From Escherichia coli O157:H7 (GTDB lineage: Bacteria; Pseudomonadota; Gammaproteobacteria; Enterobacterales; Enterobacteriaceae): 64,000 bases of DNA. Under the pieces are notes generated by a model that was given only the letters and a program-made list of their open reading frames with translations, was not told where the DNA came from and ran no database searches. Of this stretch, positions 1-12,499 are shown piece after piece. The stretch lies in the NCBI RefSeq assembly GCF_013167455.1, contig NZ_CP038328.1. The stretch is one strand, 5' to 3'. Numbering within the stretch: position 1 is the stretch's first letter; each line of letters begins with the position of its first letter. The position numbers and the translations under genes are program-made.

Positions 1-146
1 GCGACGGTATTGATGCCGCCGCCGCTGCGGGCGTGACCTGCGTAATCCAGCCTGGCGGTTCCATCCGTGATGACGAAGTGATTGCCGCCGCCGACGAGCA
101 CGGTATTGCGATGCTCTTCACCGATATGCGCCACTTCCGCCATTAA
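1..146 (+). CDS. purH: 3' end of bifunctional AICAR transformylase/IMP cyclohydrolase (partial, 5' end outside window)
   Basis: Frame-3 translation ends ...[17 protein letters not shown], which I recognise as the PurH C-terminus; stop TAA at 144-146, just upstream of purD. Confidence 0.8.
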
Positions 147-157
147 TGGAGCGACAG

Positions 158-1447
158 ATGAAAGTATTAGTGATTGGTAACGGCGGGCGCGAGCACGCGC
201 TGGCCTGGAAAGCGGCCCAGTCGCCGCTGGTTGAGACTGTTTTTGTTGCTCCGGGTAACGCAGGCACAGCGCTGGAACCCACGCTGCAAAACGTCGCTAT
301 CGGCGTGACCGATATCCCGGCGCTGCTGGATTTCGCGCAAAACGAAAAGGTAGATCTAACCATCGTCGGCCCGGAAGCGCCGCTGGTGAAAGGCGTGGTC
401 GATACCTTCCGCGCCGCCGGGATGAAAATCTTCGGCCCAACCGCAGGCGCCGCACAGCTGGAAGGCTCGAAAGCGTTTACTAAAGATTTCCTGGCCCGCC
501 ATAACATTCCTACGGCGGAATATCAGAACTTCACCGAGGTAGAACCTGCGCTGGCGTATCTGCGTGAGAAAGGCGCGCCAATCGTCATTAAAGCGGACGG
601 TCTGGCTGCCGGGAAAGGCGTTATCGTGGCGATGACGCTGGAAGAAGCGGAAGCGGCTGTTCACGATATGCTGGCGGGCAACGCGTTTGGCGACGCGGGT
701 CATCGCATCGTTATCGAAGAGTTCCTCGACGGCGAAGAAGCGAGCTTTATCGTGATGGTGGACGGCGAGCATGTGCTGCCGATGGCCACCAGCCAGGATC
801 ACAAACGCGTAGGCGATAAAGATACCGGGCCGAACACGGGCGGAATGGGCGCTTACTCTCCTGCGCCGGTAGTGACAGATGACGTTCATCAGCGCACGAT
901 GGAACGTATCATCTGGCCAACCGTGAAAGGCATGGCGTCGGAAGGCAACACCTACACCGGTTTTCTCTACGCGGGCCTGATGATCGACAAACAGGGCAAT
1001 CCGAAGGTTATCGAATTTAACTGCCGCTTTGGCGATCCAGAAACCCAGCCGATTATGCTGCGCATGAAGTCCGATCTTGTTGAACTCTGCCTGGCGGCCT
1101 GTGAAGGCAAACTAGACGAGAAAACGTCAGAGTGGGATGAACGTGCTTCTCTCGGCGTGGTGATGGCTGCGGGTGGATATCCGGGCGATTACCGCACCGG
1201 TGACGTGATCCACGGCCTGCCGCTGGAAGAAGTGGAAGACGGCAAAGTGTTCCACGCGGGCACAAAACTGGCGGATGACGAGCAGGTGGTAACCAGCTGC
1301 GGGCGCGTACTGTGCGTCACCGCGCTGGGTCATACCGTAGCAGAAGCACAGAAACGCGCCTATGCCTTAATGACCGATATCCACTGGGACGACTGCTTCT
1401 GCCGGAAAGATATCGGCTGGCGCGCTATCGAACGCGAGCAGAACTAA
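158..1447 (+). CDS. purD: phosphoribosylamine-glycine ligase (GAR synthetase), 429 aa
   Basis: ORF 146..1447; conserved N-terminus MKVLVIGNGGREHALAWK begins at 158; ATP-grasp fold sequence. Confidence 0.95.
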   Translation: MKVLVIGNGGREHALAWKAAQSPLVETVFVAPGNAGTALEPTLQNVAIGVTDIPALLDFAQNEKVDLTIVGPEAPLVKGVVDTFRAAGMKIFGPTAGAAQLEGSKAFTKDFLARHNIPTAEYQNFTEVEPALAYLREKGAPIVIKADGLAAGKGVIVAMTLEEAEAAVHDMLAGNAFGDAGHRIVIEEFLDGEEASFIVMVDGEHVLPMATSQDHKRVGDKDTGPNTGGMGAYSPAPVVTDDVHQRTMERIIWPTVKGMASEGNTYTGFLYAGLMIDKQGNPKVIEFNCRFGDPETQPIMLRMKSDLVELCLAACEGKLDEKTSEWDERASLGVVMAAGGYPGDYRTGDVIHGLPLEEVEDGKVFHAGTKLADDEQVVTSCGRVLCVTALGHTVAEAQKRAYALMTDIHWDDCFCRKDIGWRAIEREQN

Positions 1448-2769
1448 CGCGACAATTTTGCCAACAGCGTTTTGCGCGTGATCCCTAACTGACGGGCGGC
1501 TTCGGTTTTGTTGCCGCCCGTTTTCTCCAGTGCCGCCAGAATCACTTCTTTTTCGACTTCCACCAGCGGCTGAATATCCAGGCTTTGTGCCAGCGGGATC
1601 GGCGTACTGGCAATCGCCAGCGGCAGCTCGCGTTCGGAAATATATTCCCCAGTCAGCAGCACCACCGCCCGTTCCACCGCATTTTCCAGTTCACGAATAT
1701 TTCCCGGCCAGTCGTAATGAATCAACAGATCCATCGCCTGGGGCGTAAAGCCTTTTACCGCCTTGCGATTACGTTCAGCAAAGCGCTGCAGAAAATGGCC
1801 AGCCAGCAGAGGAATATCTTCCCGCCGTTGCCGCAGCGATGGTACTTCAATCGCCACCACGTTCAGGCGATAGTAGAGATCCTGGCGAAAACGCCCGGCA
1901 TTCACCTCTGCGGCAAGATCGCGATGGGTCGCGGCAATCAGCCGGACATCAACCGAAATAGTCTGGTTGCTACCGACACACTGAACTTCGCGCTCCTGAA
2001 TCGCACGCAGCAGACGCACCAGCATCATCGGCGAGATATCGCCAATTTCATCGAGAAACAACGTGCCGCCGTCCGCCTCAACAAAGCGCCCTTCCCGGCG
2101 TTTATCGGCTCCAGTAAACGCCCCTTTTTCGTGACCGAACAATTCAGATTCCAGCAAGGATTCGTTGAGTGCCGCACAGTTGAGCGTTACCAGCGGTTTT
2201 TCGCTACGTGCGCTACTGGCGTGAATCGCCCTGGCGACCAGCTCTTTACCGGTGCCGGAATCGCCGTGGATCAGCACCGTGGCTTCCGATGGCGCGACGA
2301 GGGCGATTTCACTGAGCAGGTGTTGCATCGCCGGGCTTTTACCGACCATACCGAACTGGCTGGCAGTCACCGCAGGCGTTTCAGCATCAATAATGTGCGT
2401 ATGCGCGAGCGCCTTTTCCAGCGTCGCCTGCAGGTTATCGAAATCCAGCGGCTTGATGAGATAATCCAGCGCCCCGGTTTTCAACGCCTCTACCGCCGTC
2501 TCGACGCTAGAGTATGCGGTCATAATCAGTACCGGAATCGCCGGATTTAACGCTTTGATCTCTTTTAGCGTGGCAATGCCGTCCATCTCCGCCATTCGCA
2601 CATCGCAAAGCACAAGATCAAAAACCCGCTCCCGCACCTGCTCCAGCGCCTGTCGCCCGCTGTTCGCCAGCGCGACGTTATAGCCCCAGCCGCGCAGCAA
2701 AGCCTGCAAAATAGTGCAGTGGCTAATGTCATCATCCACCACCAGAATATCGATATTATCGTGCGTCAT
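1444..2769 (-). CDS. zraR: sigma54-dependent response regulator (receiver + AAA+ + HTH), 441 aa
   Basis: ORF track; receiver domain N-terminus, GDSGTGKE Walker A, GAFTGA sigma54-contact motif; convergent with purD, 3' ends overlap. Confidence 0.95.
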   Translation of the reverse strand: MTHDNIDILVVDDDISHCTILQALLRGWGYNVALANSGRQALEQVRERVFDLVLCDVRMAEMDGIATLKEIKALNPAIPVLIMTAYSSVETAVEALKTGALDYLIKPLDFDNLQATLEKALAHTHIIDAETPAVTASQFGMVGKSPAMQHLLSEIALVAPSEATVLIHGDSGTGKELVARAIHASSARSEKPLVTLNCAALNESLLESELFGHEKGAFTGADKRREGRFVEADGGTLFLDEIGDISPMMLVRLLRAIQEREVQCVGSNQTISVDVRLIAATHRDLAAEVNAGRFRQDLYYRLNVVAIEVPSLRQRREDIPLLAGHFLQRFAERNRKAVKGFTPQAMDLLIHYDWPGNIRELENAVERAVVLLTGEYISERELPLAIASTPIPLAQSLDIQPLVEVEKEVILAALEKTGGNKTEAARQLGITRKTLLAKLSR

Positions 2770-4142
2770 CCTTGTGGGTCCTTACGCGTAATATTGACCG
2801 GAAGCCAGAGGGTGAACCTTGCGCCTTTTCCCTCCAGGCTTGCGACCTGAATTGTACCACCGTGTTGTTCAACAATATTATGCACGACCGCCAGCCCCAG
2901 TCCGGTGCCTTCGGCTTTGGTGGTGAAGTACGGGGTGAAGATGGCTTCAAGCTGATCTGCCGCAATTCCCTTACCGCTGTCGGTAACGCTGATTTTCACG
3001 CCCGCGCCGCTTTCGCTGGCCGTCACGCTAATCACGCCATGCTGACCAATCGCCTGAATAGCATTGAGATAAAGATTCAACAGGACCTGAGTCAGCCTGT
3101 CCGGATCGGCCTGAATTTCCGGCAACGTGTCGTTGGCGGTAAAGCGTAACTGGATCTCCCGGCAGTTTGCATCCTGGCTTACCAGCTGTAATGAGTGGTT
3201 AATCAGCGTGTTGAGATCCACCGCCTGCAAAGCCAGATGCGTTGGCTTAACCAGTTCCAGCAGCTCGCTTACCACGCGGTTTAAACGGTCAGCTTCTTTC
3301 GCCATCACCTGCGCCAGTTGATGCGCTTCTCCCCCTGCTGGCGCGCGCTCGGCAAAGTATTTTGCCAGCCCTTTAATCGAGGAAAGCGGGTTACGAATTT
3401 CGTGGGCAACGCCTGCCGCAAGATGCCCCAGCGCCACCAGCTTCTCTTTGCGCTTCATTTCATCTTGTAGAAGCTGGCGCGAGCGCAGATAGCGGCGATA
3501 CCAGAAGAATGACAATACGCTTGCCAGCAAGACCGTCGCCAGGGCGAAGAGGATAATCAGGGTGTTTCTCTGCTCACGATCTTCGGCACTCACAATATTA
3601 CTGGCGTCGAAAGCGATGAAAATTGCTTGTGGTGTCGCGGCATACTGCTGCATATGGCGCATCCGGTGCATTCCAGCAGCAAACATCGGTTGAAACTGGC
3701 GATAAATTTCCAGAACAGGCTCGCCGTCTGCGCTATCGATCCGCCGCCACACTTCTTCATCTCCCGGATGTAACTGCTGCATTTCCTGCGGGGAATAAAG
3801 CTGTTTTCCCACCATGCCGGAGTTGCTATGCATCACGATTGTTCCTTGTTCATCCGTGACCGCAAACCAACGTACTCCAGGCTGCCCGGCCATTTCTTCC
3901 AGTAAGGCCTGCTGCTGCGCATGATGCATGCGCATCCCCATGCCGACGCGCGAGCCGGATTCGAGAGCACGAATAAGTACACTGCCTTTTTCCAGCAGCG
4001 TTTGTCTGGCGGCGGCAGTCTCGCGGCCATAATCGCGAATCACCGTCACCGCAAACAACCCTACCAGCCCAACAATGACCACGGGGAGGATCGCGCTTAA
4101 CCATTTAGCTAAGGAGTCTTTAGAACGTTGCATAAAACGCAT
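2766..4142 (-). CDS. zraS: sensor histidine kinase for Zn/Pb envelope stress, 458 aa
   Basis: ORF track; TM segments, HEIRNPL H-box, C-terminal ATPase domain; 4-nt overlap with zraR. Confidence 0.9.
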   Translation of the reverse strand: MRFMQRSKDSLAKWLSAILPVVIVGLVGLFAVTVIRDYGRETAAARQTLLEKGSVLIRALESGSRVGMGMRMHHAQQQALLEEMAGQPGVRWFAVTDEQGTIVMHSNSGMVGKQLYSPQEMQQLHPGDEEVWRRIDSADGEPVLEIYRQFQPMFAAGMHRMRHMQQYAATPQAIFIAFDASNIVSAEDREQRNTLIILFALATVLLASVLSFFWYRRYLRSRQLLQDEMKRKEKLVALGHLAAGVAHEIRNPLSSIKGLAKYFAERAPAGGEAHQLAQVMAKEADRLNRVVSELLELVKPTHLALQAVDLNTLINHSLQLVSQDANCREIQLRFTANDTLPEIQADPDRLTQVLLNLYLNAIQAIGQHGVISVTASESGAGVKISVTDSGKGIAADQLEAIFTPYFTTKAEGTGLGLAVVHNIVEQHGGTIQVASLEGKGARFTLWLPVNITRKDPQG

Positions 4143-4240
4143 CTTCTTCTTTGCCTGCTCATCCCTTTCTGACAGCAGAAATCATGCCATCTTTTATCAG
4201 CGCTTACCCTGCGCTGTAACACAAAGGCTTAAGTTTCAAT

Positions 4241-4286
4241 GAGTAAAAATGACTCGCTACCCGCAGCAGGCGAGTCATTTTTACTC
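4241..4286. promoter_or_regulatory. perfect 17-bp inverted repeat GAGTAAAAATGACTCGC / GCGAGTCATTTTTACTC with 12-bp spacer; candidate ZraR enhancer (UAS)
   Basis: Read directly from sequence; lies in the divergent zraP-zraSR control region upstream of the sigma54 element. Confidence 0.7.
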
Positions 4287-4328
4287 GTTTATCATGCCAG
4301 ATTACCCGTCATATCAGCGTTTCATCGT

Positions 4329-4344
4329 TGGCACGGAAGATGCA
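4329..4344 (+). promoter_or_regulatory. sigma54 -24/-12 promoter element (TGGCAC-N5-aTGCA) for zraP
   Basis: TGGCACggaagaTGCA at 4329-4344, about 36 nt upstream of the zraP start codon. Confidence 0.65.
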
Positions 4345-4379
4345 ATACCCGAAGTAAGACAACCACTGGAGGATTAACC

Positions 4380-4805
4380 ATGAAACGGAACACGAAAATT
4401 GCCCTGGTAATGATGGCGCTTTCAGCAATGGCGATGGGATCGACATCTGCATTTGCTCACGGCGGACACGGTATGTGGCAGCAAAATGCCGCGCCTTTGA
4501 CCAGCGAACAACAGACAGCGTGGCAGAAAATCCATAATGACTTTTACGCTCAAAGCAGCGCACTGCAACAGCAACTGGTGACGAAGCGTTATGAATACAA
4601 TGCCCTGTTAGCCGCGAACCCACCGGATAGCAGCAAAATTAACGCGGTCGCCAAAGAGATGGAGAATTTGCGTCAGTCGTTAGATGAGTTACGGGTGAAA
4701 CGGGATATTGCGATGGCTGAAGCGGGTATTCCGCGCGGAGCCGGAATGGGCATGGGCTACGGCGGCTGCGGTGGTGGCGGTCATATGGGTATGGGCCACT
4801 GGTAA
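4380..4805 (+). CDS. zraP: periplasmic zinc-binding stress chaperone, 141 aa
   Basis: MKRNTKIALVMMALSAMAMGSTSAFA signal peptide starts at 4380; Gly/Met/His-rich C-terminus; the ORF-track start at 4239 is an upstream in-frame extension over the palindrome. Confidence 0.9.
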   Translation: MKRNTKIALVMMALSAMAMGSTSAFAHGGHGMWQQNAAPLTSEQQTAWQKIHNDFYAQSSALQQQLVTKRYEYNALLAANPPDSSKINAVAKEMENLRQSLDELRVKRDIAMAEAGIPRGAGMGMGYGGCGGGGHMGMGHW

Positions 4806-4806
4806 A

Positions 4807-5508
4807 TCAGAACGTTTTCTCGTTGGGTTGCCAGCGACAGAAATCAGAGTTTGCCACTAACAGTAATTGCGAACCTTCGGGCGCTTCCAGCCATGCCACG
4901 CTGACATCAACAGAAGAGCGGCTCTGGCGGCGCTCGATATGCGCTATTGCCTGCGAATCTAAATCAGGTTTAATGGTTTGCCCTTCGCAGGTGGTCACGG
5001 TCTGTTCCATCGCATGCCAGCGCCCCTGGCGCAGCACGACTCTCCCCTGACGTAAGGCATCGCTAATCTGGCGGATCTGATCAGCCCGATAACGGTATAA
5101 ATCGATTTGGTCGTTAGAAAGCTGCTGCTTTTCCCCATCGGATTCACGTTGCATAAAGCTCAGATCACCGCGATCGTCAAAACGCGCGCGAATATTCACC
5201 GGGGGTTTGCTGTAAACATTGATATTGATGAGCGTGAGGTTATCGCCCTGCCAGCGATACTCTCGCGTCGTGGTATCGCCACTGCGCCACGGGCTAAACA
5301 CGGCAAGAAAATGCACATTATCGCCGCTGTCTTTTCGCCAGATGCGTACCGCGCCCTGGTCTTCAGCAAATCCACTGGCGGTAAAGGGAGGAAGTGAAGA
5401 GTTGTGACTACAAGCAGTGAGAAACAGAGCGCCAGCCAGCATCAATGATCGACGCCAGAAAGACAAAAGGGGTGAAACCACCCCTTCGTTAAAACTGTTC
5501 ACTGCCAC
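4807..5508 (-). CDS. yjaH: DUF1481-family protein, probable lipoprotein (start codon uncertain)
   Basis: ORF track, 233 aa; position between zraP and hupA as in K-12; hydrophobic N-terminus ending ...LTACS. Confidence 0.8.
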   Translation of the reverse strand: MAVNSFNEGVVSPLLSFWRRSLMLAGALFLTACSHNSSLPPFTASGFAEDQGAVRIWRKDSGDNVHFLAVFSPWRSGDTTTREYRWQGDNLTLININVYSKPPVNIRARFDDRGDLSFMQRESDGEKQQLSNDQIDLYRYRADQIRQISDALRQGRVVLRQGRWHAMEQTVTTCEGQTIKPDLDSQAIAHIERRQSRSSVDVSVAWLEAPEGSQLLLVANSDFCRWQPNEKTF

Positions 5509-5514
5509 GCAATC

Positions 5515-5787
5515 TTACTTAACTGCGTCTTTCAGTGCCTTGCCAGAAACAAATGCCGGTACGTTAGCTGCGGCAATTTTGATTTCTTTACCGGTCTGCG
5601 GGTTGCGGCCAGTACGCTCAGCGCGGTGGTTCACTTTGAAGGTACCGAAACCAACCAGTTGTACAGCATCGCCTTCTTTCAGAGACTCAGTAATTGCAGC
5701 CAGAGTGGACTCCAGAGCAGCTTTAGCCTGGGTTTTGGACAGTTCTGCTTTCTCTGCAATTACATCAATCAGTTGAGTCTTGTTCAT
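5515..5787 (-). CDS. hupA: nucleoid protein HU alpha subunit, 90 aa
   Basis: Full-length match to HU-alpha ([90 protein letters not shown]). Confidence 0.97.
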
Positions 5788-5973
5788 AAGTTATCCTTAC
5801 AATGTGTTTATCGCTTGCTAAGCATCGAGTGCGACGGAAATGCCAGAATAGCACTCTCCTGCATACACGCACCGATAGCCACTTTTTTTCGCCCCCCAAA
5901 TGTAGACCAGACGGGGGGCGAAAGGGAAGACTCCAGGTACGACAAATCAGGCGTTAAATCACGTTTTCTGGTC

Positions 5974-6564
5974 TTATTGCTGAAAAATTATACCAATATT
6001 GCTCTCATCCGCCTCACGCAGGTCTGCCCTAAGGCCTTTTATCAGCTCGATATCGCGTTCTTCGCACTCAGCTAAAAGTCGGAATATTTCCCACTGAATG
6101 TCCCATTCTTGCTCTACAGCTGGGTTTTCTTTGAGCTCTTCATCGCTCATTTCGCGACCAGCCTGAGTCATTTCCAGCATCGCAACGGTCGTGATGGAGG
6201 TCTTACTCACTTCCACCGCGTGTTCGAGCGTTTCACCACTCAAACGCGAATGGACCAGTTCACTTAACGCCACGCAGGCATCGATTGCCGGATAAACGCC
6301 GTACAGATCGAAATCGTCGGCTGAAGGAATCGCTTCTTCAAATTTCTCCAGTTGGCTGTCGAAATTTACTTTTGCATCTTTAACGGTCAGCGTTTCCCAG
6401 ATGAGATCGAGAATACGACGGTAAATTTGCCCATCACCAAAACCGGTTTGCTGGCAGAACATGGCGTAATTGGGGTACATGCGTTCGCATAAGCAAGCCA
6501 TGAAAGTGACATGCTGCCAGCTTTCCAGGCGTTCCAGACGCAGATGAATTGGGTTTTGTAACAT
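5974..6564 (-). CDS. yjaG: DUF416-family protein, 196 aa
   Basis: ORF track; conserved position between hupA and nfi. Confidence 0.85.
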   Translation of the reverse strand: MLQNPIHLRLERLESWQHVTFMACLCERMYPNYAMFCQQTGFGDGQIYRRILDLIWETLTVKDAKVNFDSQLEKFEEAIPSADDFDLYGVYPAIDACVALSELVHSRLSGETLEHAVEVSKTSITTVAMLEMTQAGREMSDEELKENPAVEQEWDIQWEIFRLLAECEERDIELIKGLRADLREADESNIGIIFQQ

Positions 6565-6606
6565 GTTGAGTTCTCAAATACGGAAATTATCCGCAGTTTA
6601 CCTGAA

Positions 6607-7278
6607 TTAGGGCTGATTTGCTGTATAGCGCACGAACGCCGGACGTTCCGAGGCCACCGCGTCCGCCCAGCGCGTTGGCTCCGGCAGACGATAGCCTTTC
6701 ATGCAGCGTTGTACCCACGCCAGCGCGCTGTCCACGCTGACCCGATGACCAGTAGCGATAAATAGCGGGTTACAGCGCGCTTTGCTGCGCCAGACCCAGG
6801 CCAGCTGCTCGCCTTTATCCATCAGTGGGGCCAGCGCGCCCGGTTCGCTGGAGAGCGGTTCGAATTTACCGCATAGTCGTTTTTTCGCTACGCCAATGGT
6901 CGGCACATCCACCAGCAAACCAAAATGGCTGGCGACGCCAAGACGGCGAGGATGCGAGATCCCATGACCATCGACAAACACTAAATCCGGCTTTTGTGAC
7001 AGCATCTCCCACGCTGCCAGCAGCGCAGGATATTCGCGGAAGGAAAGAAAACCTGGAATGTAAGGCATGGTGGTAGCGATGCGGGCCACTTTATACTCCA
7101 CCAGCTCAAGCGAGGGGTATTTCAGCAGCACCATCGCCGCTCGCGTCACTTCTCCGCCCTGCTCAAACCCGACATCGGCTCCGGCGATCAGATCCGGCGG
7201 ATCCTTATCGAGTCGATCCTCGCGGATCACAGAAGAAGCCAGTTCGATTTGTTGAGCGCGTAATGACGCGAGATCCAT
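6607..7278 (-). CDS. nfi: endonuclease V (deoxyinosine 3' endonuclease), 223 aa
   Basis: ORF track; recognised Nfi sequence; 9-bp gap to hemE. Confidence 0.93.
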
Positions 7279-7287
7279 AATCGCTCC

Positions 7288-8352
7288 TTAGCGGTGATAC
7301 TGTTCAGACAGTCGATGCACTGCCTCCACGAACACGCCAGCATGTTCTGGCGGCACATCCTGATGAATGCCGTGACCAAGGTTAAAGACATGACCTTCGC
7401 CGTGACCGAAACCTGCAAGTATAGTCGCTACTTCTTCTTCAATGCGGGCAGGCGGCGCGTACAGCATCGACGGATCCATATTACCCTGCAACGCGACTTT
7501 ATTGCCCACACGGCGGCGCGCATCGGCGATGTCCGTTGTCCAGTCGAGGCCCAGCGCATCGCAACCGGTTTCTGCCATGGCTTCCAGCCACTGTCCGCCG
7601 CCTTTGGTAAACAGCGTGACCGGTACGCGGCGACCGTCGTTTTCACGCAGTAAACCATCAACAATTTTATGCATGTAATAAAGCGAGAACTGTTGATAAT
7701 CGCGCCCGGTAAGCACGCCGCCCCAGGTGTCGAAAATCATCACAGCCTGAGCACCGGCTTTAATCTGCGCATTCAGATACAAAGCGACGCTTTTCGCCAG
7801 TTTATCGAGTAGAGCGTGCAGCGCCTGCGGATCGGCATACATCATTTTTTTGATCACGGTGAAGGCTTTGCTGCTGCCGCCTTCCACCATGTAGGTCGCC
7901 AGCGTCCACGGGCTGCCGGAAAAACCAATCAGCGGCACTTCGCCTTTCAGTTCGCGACGAATGGTACGCACCGCGTTCATCACGTACCCCAGTTCATCTT
8001 CCGGGTCCGGAATTGGCAGTTTATCGACGTCAGCTTTGCAGGTGACTGGCGAGGTAAAACGCGGACCTTCTCCGGCTTCAAAATAGAGCCCTAACCCCAT
8101 CGCGTCCGGGACGGTGAGGATATCGGAAAAGAGGATCGCCGCATCCAGCGGGTAGCGACGCAGCGGTTGCAAGGTCACTTCACACGCCAGCTCGGCGTTT
8201 TTGCACAGCGACATAAAATCGCCCGCCTGGGCGCGCGTGGCTTTATATTCCGGTAGATAGCGACCCGCCTGGCGCATCATCCATACAGGAGTGACATCAA
8301 CGGGCTGGCGCAGCAGCGCCCGCAGATAACGATCGTTTTTAAGTTCGGTCAT
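7288..8352 (-). CDS. hemE: uroporphyrinogen decarboxylase, 354 aa
   Basis: ORF track; URO-D family sequence. Confidence 0.95.
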   Translation of the reverse strand: MTELKNDRYLRALLRQPVDVTPVWMMRQAGRYLPEYKATRAQAGDFMSLCKNAELACEVTLQPLRRYPLDAAILFSDILTVPDAMGLGLYFEAGEGPRFTSPVTCKADVDKLPIPDPEDELGYVMNAVRTIRRELKGEVPLIGFSGSPWTLATYMVEGGSSKAFTVIKKMMYADPQALHALLDKLAKSVALYLNAQIKAGAQAVMIFDTWGGVLTGRDYQQFSLYYMHKIVDGLLRENDGRRVPVTLFTKGGGQWLEAMAETGCDALGLDWTTDIADARRRVGNKVALQGNMDPSMLYAPPARIEEEVATILAGFGHGEGHVFNLGHGIHQDVPPEHAGVFVEAVHRLSEQYHR

Positions 8353-8391
8353 TTTGGCTGTTCCTTAGTGCGTCAGGCGGTCAGTGTATCA

Positions 8392-9165
8392 TCACTCATA
8401 CTCTGCCCGACACATCGCCACCGTATCTTCTATCAGACGGCGCGCTACGGTGCCGGGCGGCGGGAGTAACGGCAAATCGTCATAGCGATACCAGTTCGCC
8501 TCGAGCAATTCTTTCGGGTCGATCACGATGTCGCCGCTGTCATATTCCGCCATAAACGCGGTCATTAAAGACTGAGGAAACGGCCACGGCTGGGAAGTCA
8601 CATAACGCAAGTGTTTAACTTTAATTCCGCTCTCTTCCATCACTTCCCGCGCGACCGCCTGCTCGAGGGTTTCGCCCACTTCGACGAATCCGGCAAGTAC
8701 CGTATGGACACCGTTACGATGGCGGGTATGCTGGGCGAGGAGGATCGAATCATCGCGACGGATGGCAACAATAATGCAGGGGGCGATTTGCGGGTAGTAA
8801 CGCTCACGGCAATGGCTGCACAGCATCGCCCATTCGGTTTTGCTTGGATACATTTCATGCCCGCAGTAACCACAGTATTTATGCGATCGGTAAAACTCCG
8901 CCAGTTGTACGCCACGTCCGGCCAGTTGAAACAGCCCAACATCGAGATCAATGACCTGACGTACCGACCCCATATCGTAACGCCGCTGCTGTTGTATTAA
9001 CCAAACAGGTTCCCCCTGCCATTCGCCGATTTGTAGTGCGCGCTGACCCACAAGATCGAAATTTGCCGCTTCGCCATATGGCAATTCTCCCTTCGGCAAC
9101 CATAATTTTTGTTCATGGCTGACGACCCACCAGCCGTGATCTAATTTTTCAATTATACGATCCAT
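8392..9165 (-). CDS. nudC: NADH pyrophosphatase (Nudix hydrolase, zinc ribbon), 257 aa
   Basis: ORF track; Cys cluster CGYCGH...CSHC and Nudix box. Confidence 0.93.
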
Positions 9166-9259
9166 AGCTCTTGCACTACCTTTGCATCACTGGCATGTTT
9201 AACATGGTTTTTACATTTCTCACTGAGCAGTTTTTGAATACAAACTTGCGGAGTCAATC

Positions 9260-9736
9260 ATGCTTAACCAGCTCGATAACCTGACGGAGCGCGTCAGAGG
9301 AAGTAACAAACTGGTTGATCGCTGGCTACATGTACGTAAGCATCTGCTCGTGGCTTACTACAATCTGGTTGGCATTAAGCCTGGCAAAGAATCGTACATG
9401 AGGCTAAACGAAAAAGCCCTTGATGATTTTTGTCAGAGCCTGGTCGATTACTTGTCTGCCGGACATTTCAGTATTTATGAGCGCATTCTTCATAAGCTGG
9501 AAGGCAACGGGCAACTCGCGCGCGCCGCGAAGATTTGGCCGCAACTCGAAGCCAATACCCAACAGATTATGGATTACTACGATTCCAGCCTGGAAACCGC
9601 TATCGATCATGATAATTACCTTGAGTTTCAACAGGTTTTATCTGACATCGGCGAGGCGCTGGAAGCGCGCTTTGTGCTGGAAGATAAGCTGATTCTGCTG
9701 GTGCTTGACGCCGCCCGCGTCAAACATCCTGCTTGA
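9260..9736 (+). CDS. rsd: regulator of sigma D (anti-sigma70 factor), 158 aa
   Basis: ORF track; position upstream of the thiC leader. Confidence 0.9.
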   Translation: MLNQLDNLTERVRGSNKLVDRWLHVRKHLLVAYYNLVGIKPGKESYMRLNEKALDDFCQSLVDYLSAGHFSIYERILHKLEGNGQLARAAKIWPQLEANTQQIMDYYDSSLETAIDHDNYLEFQQVLSDIGEALEARFVLEDKLILLVLDAARVKHPA

Positions 9737-9784
9737 GTTCTGCGCTGTTAACGCGTAATTTACATTCAACGCCCCGTTTGTGGG

Positions 9785-9885
9785 GCTAATTTCTTGTCGG
9801 AGTGCCTTAACTGGCTGAGACCGTTTATTCGGGATCCGCGGAACCTGATCAGGCTAATACCTGCGAAGGGAACAAGAGTTAATCT
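9785..9885 (+). promoter_or_regulatory. TPP (thi-box) riboswitch in the thiC leader
   Basis: Conserved thi-box core CTGAGA...ACCTGATCaGGcTAATACCtGCGAAGGGAAC read at about 9812-9872, upstream of thiC. Confidence 0.85.
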
Positions 9886-9965
9886 GCTATCGCATCGCCT
9901 TTGCGGCGATCGTCTCTTGCTTCATCCGTCGTCTGACAAGCCACGTCCTTAACTTTTTGGAATGA

Positions 9966-11863
<1,898 letters not shown>

Positions 11864-11864
<1 letters not shown>

Positions 11865-12499
11865 TGTATCAGCCTGATTTTCCTCCTGTACCTTTTCGTT
11901 TAGGACTGTACCCGGTGGTGGACAGCGTACAGTGGATCGAACGTCTGTTGGATGCAGGCGTACGTACTCTCCAGCTACGCATCAAAGATCGGCGCGATGA
12001 AGAGGTGGAAGCCGATGTCGTGGCGGCAATTGCGCTGGGCCGCCGCTATAACGCGCGATTGTTTATCAACGATTACTGGCGGCTCGCGATCAAGCATCAG
12101 GCGTATGGCGTCCATTTGGGGCAGGAAGATTTGCAAGCCACCGATCTCAATGCCATCCGCGCGGCAGGCCTGCGGCTGGGCGTTTCGACCCATGACGATA
12201 TGGAAATCGACGTCGCGCTGGCAGCACGCCCCTCTTATATCGCGCTGGGACATGTGTTCCCGACGCAAACCAAACAGATGCCTTCTGCACCGCAGGGGCT
12301 GGAACAGCTGGCACGGCATGTTGAGCGACTGTCGGATTATCCCACCGTGGCGATTGGCGGTATCAGTCTGGCACGCGCGCCTGCGGTGATAGCAACGGGT
12401 GTCGGCAGTATCGCCGTCGTCAGCGCCATTACTCAAGCCGCAGACTGGCGTTTGGCAACGGCACAGTTGCTGGAAATTGCAGGAGTTGGCGATGAATGA
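11864..12499 (+). CDS. thiE: thiamine-phosphate synthase, 211 aa
   Basis: ATG at 11864 overlaps the thiC stop by 1 nt (the ORF track uses GTG at 11861); [22 protein letters not shown]-terminus. Confidence 0.93.

Noticed and set aside
1585-2550. 321-aa plus-strand ORF inside zraR
   Set aside because: Antisense to a well-supported zraR; Arg/Gln-rich composition typical of a spurious frame.
2766-4142. zraS is 458 aa here, while I recall about 465 aa for K-12 ZraS (possible 7-codon difference in the periplasmic domain)
   Set aside because: I cannot verify the reference length or locate the difference without an alignment; kept only as a note.
4239-4379. N-terminal 47-codon extension of zraP reported by the ORF track
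   Set aside because: It covers the ZraR palindrome and the sigma54 promoter; the signal-peptide start MKRNTK at 4380 is the credible start.
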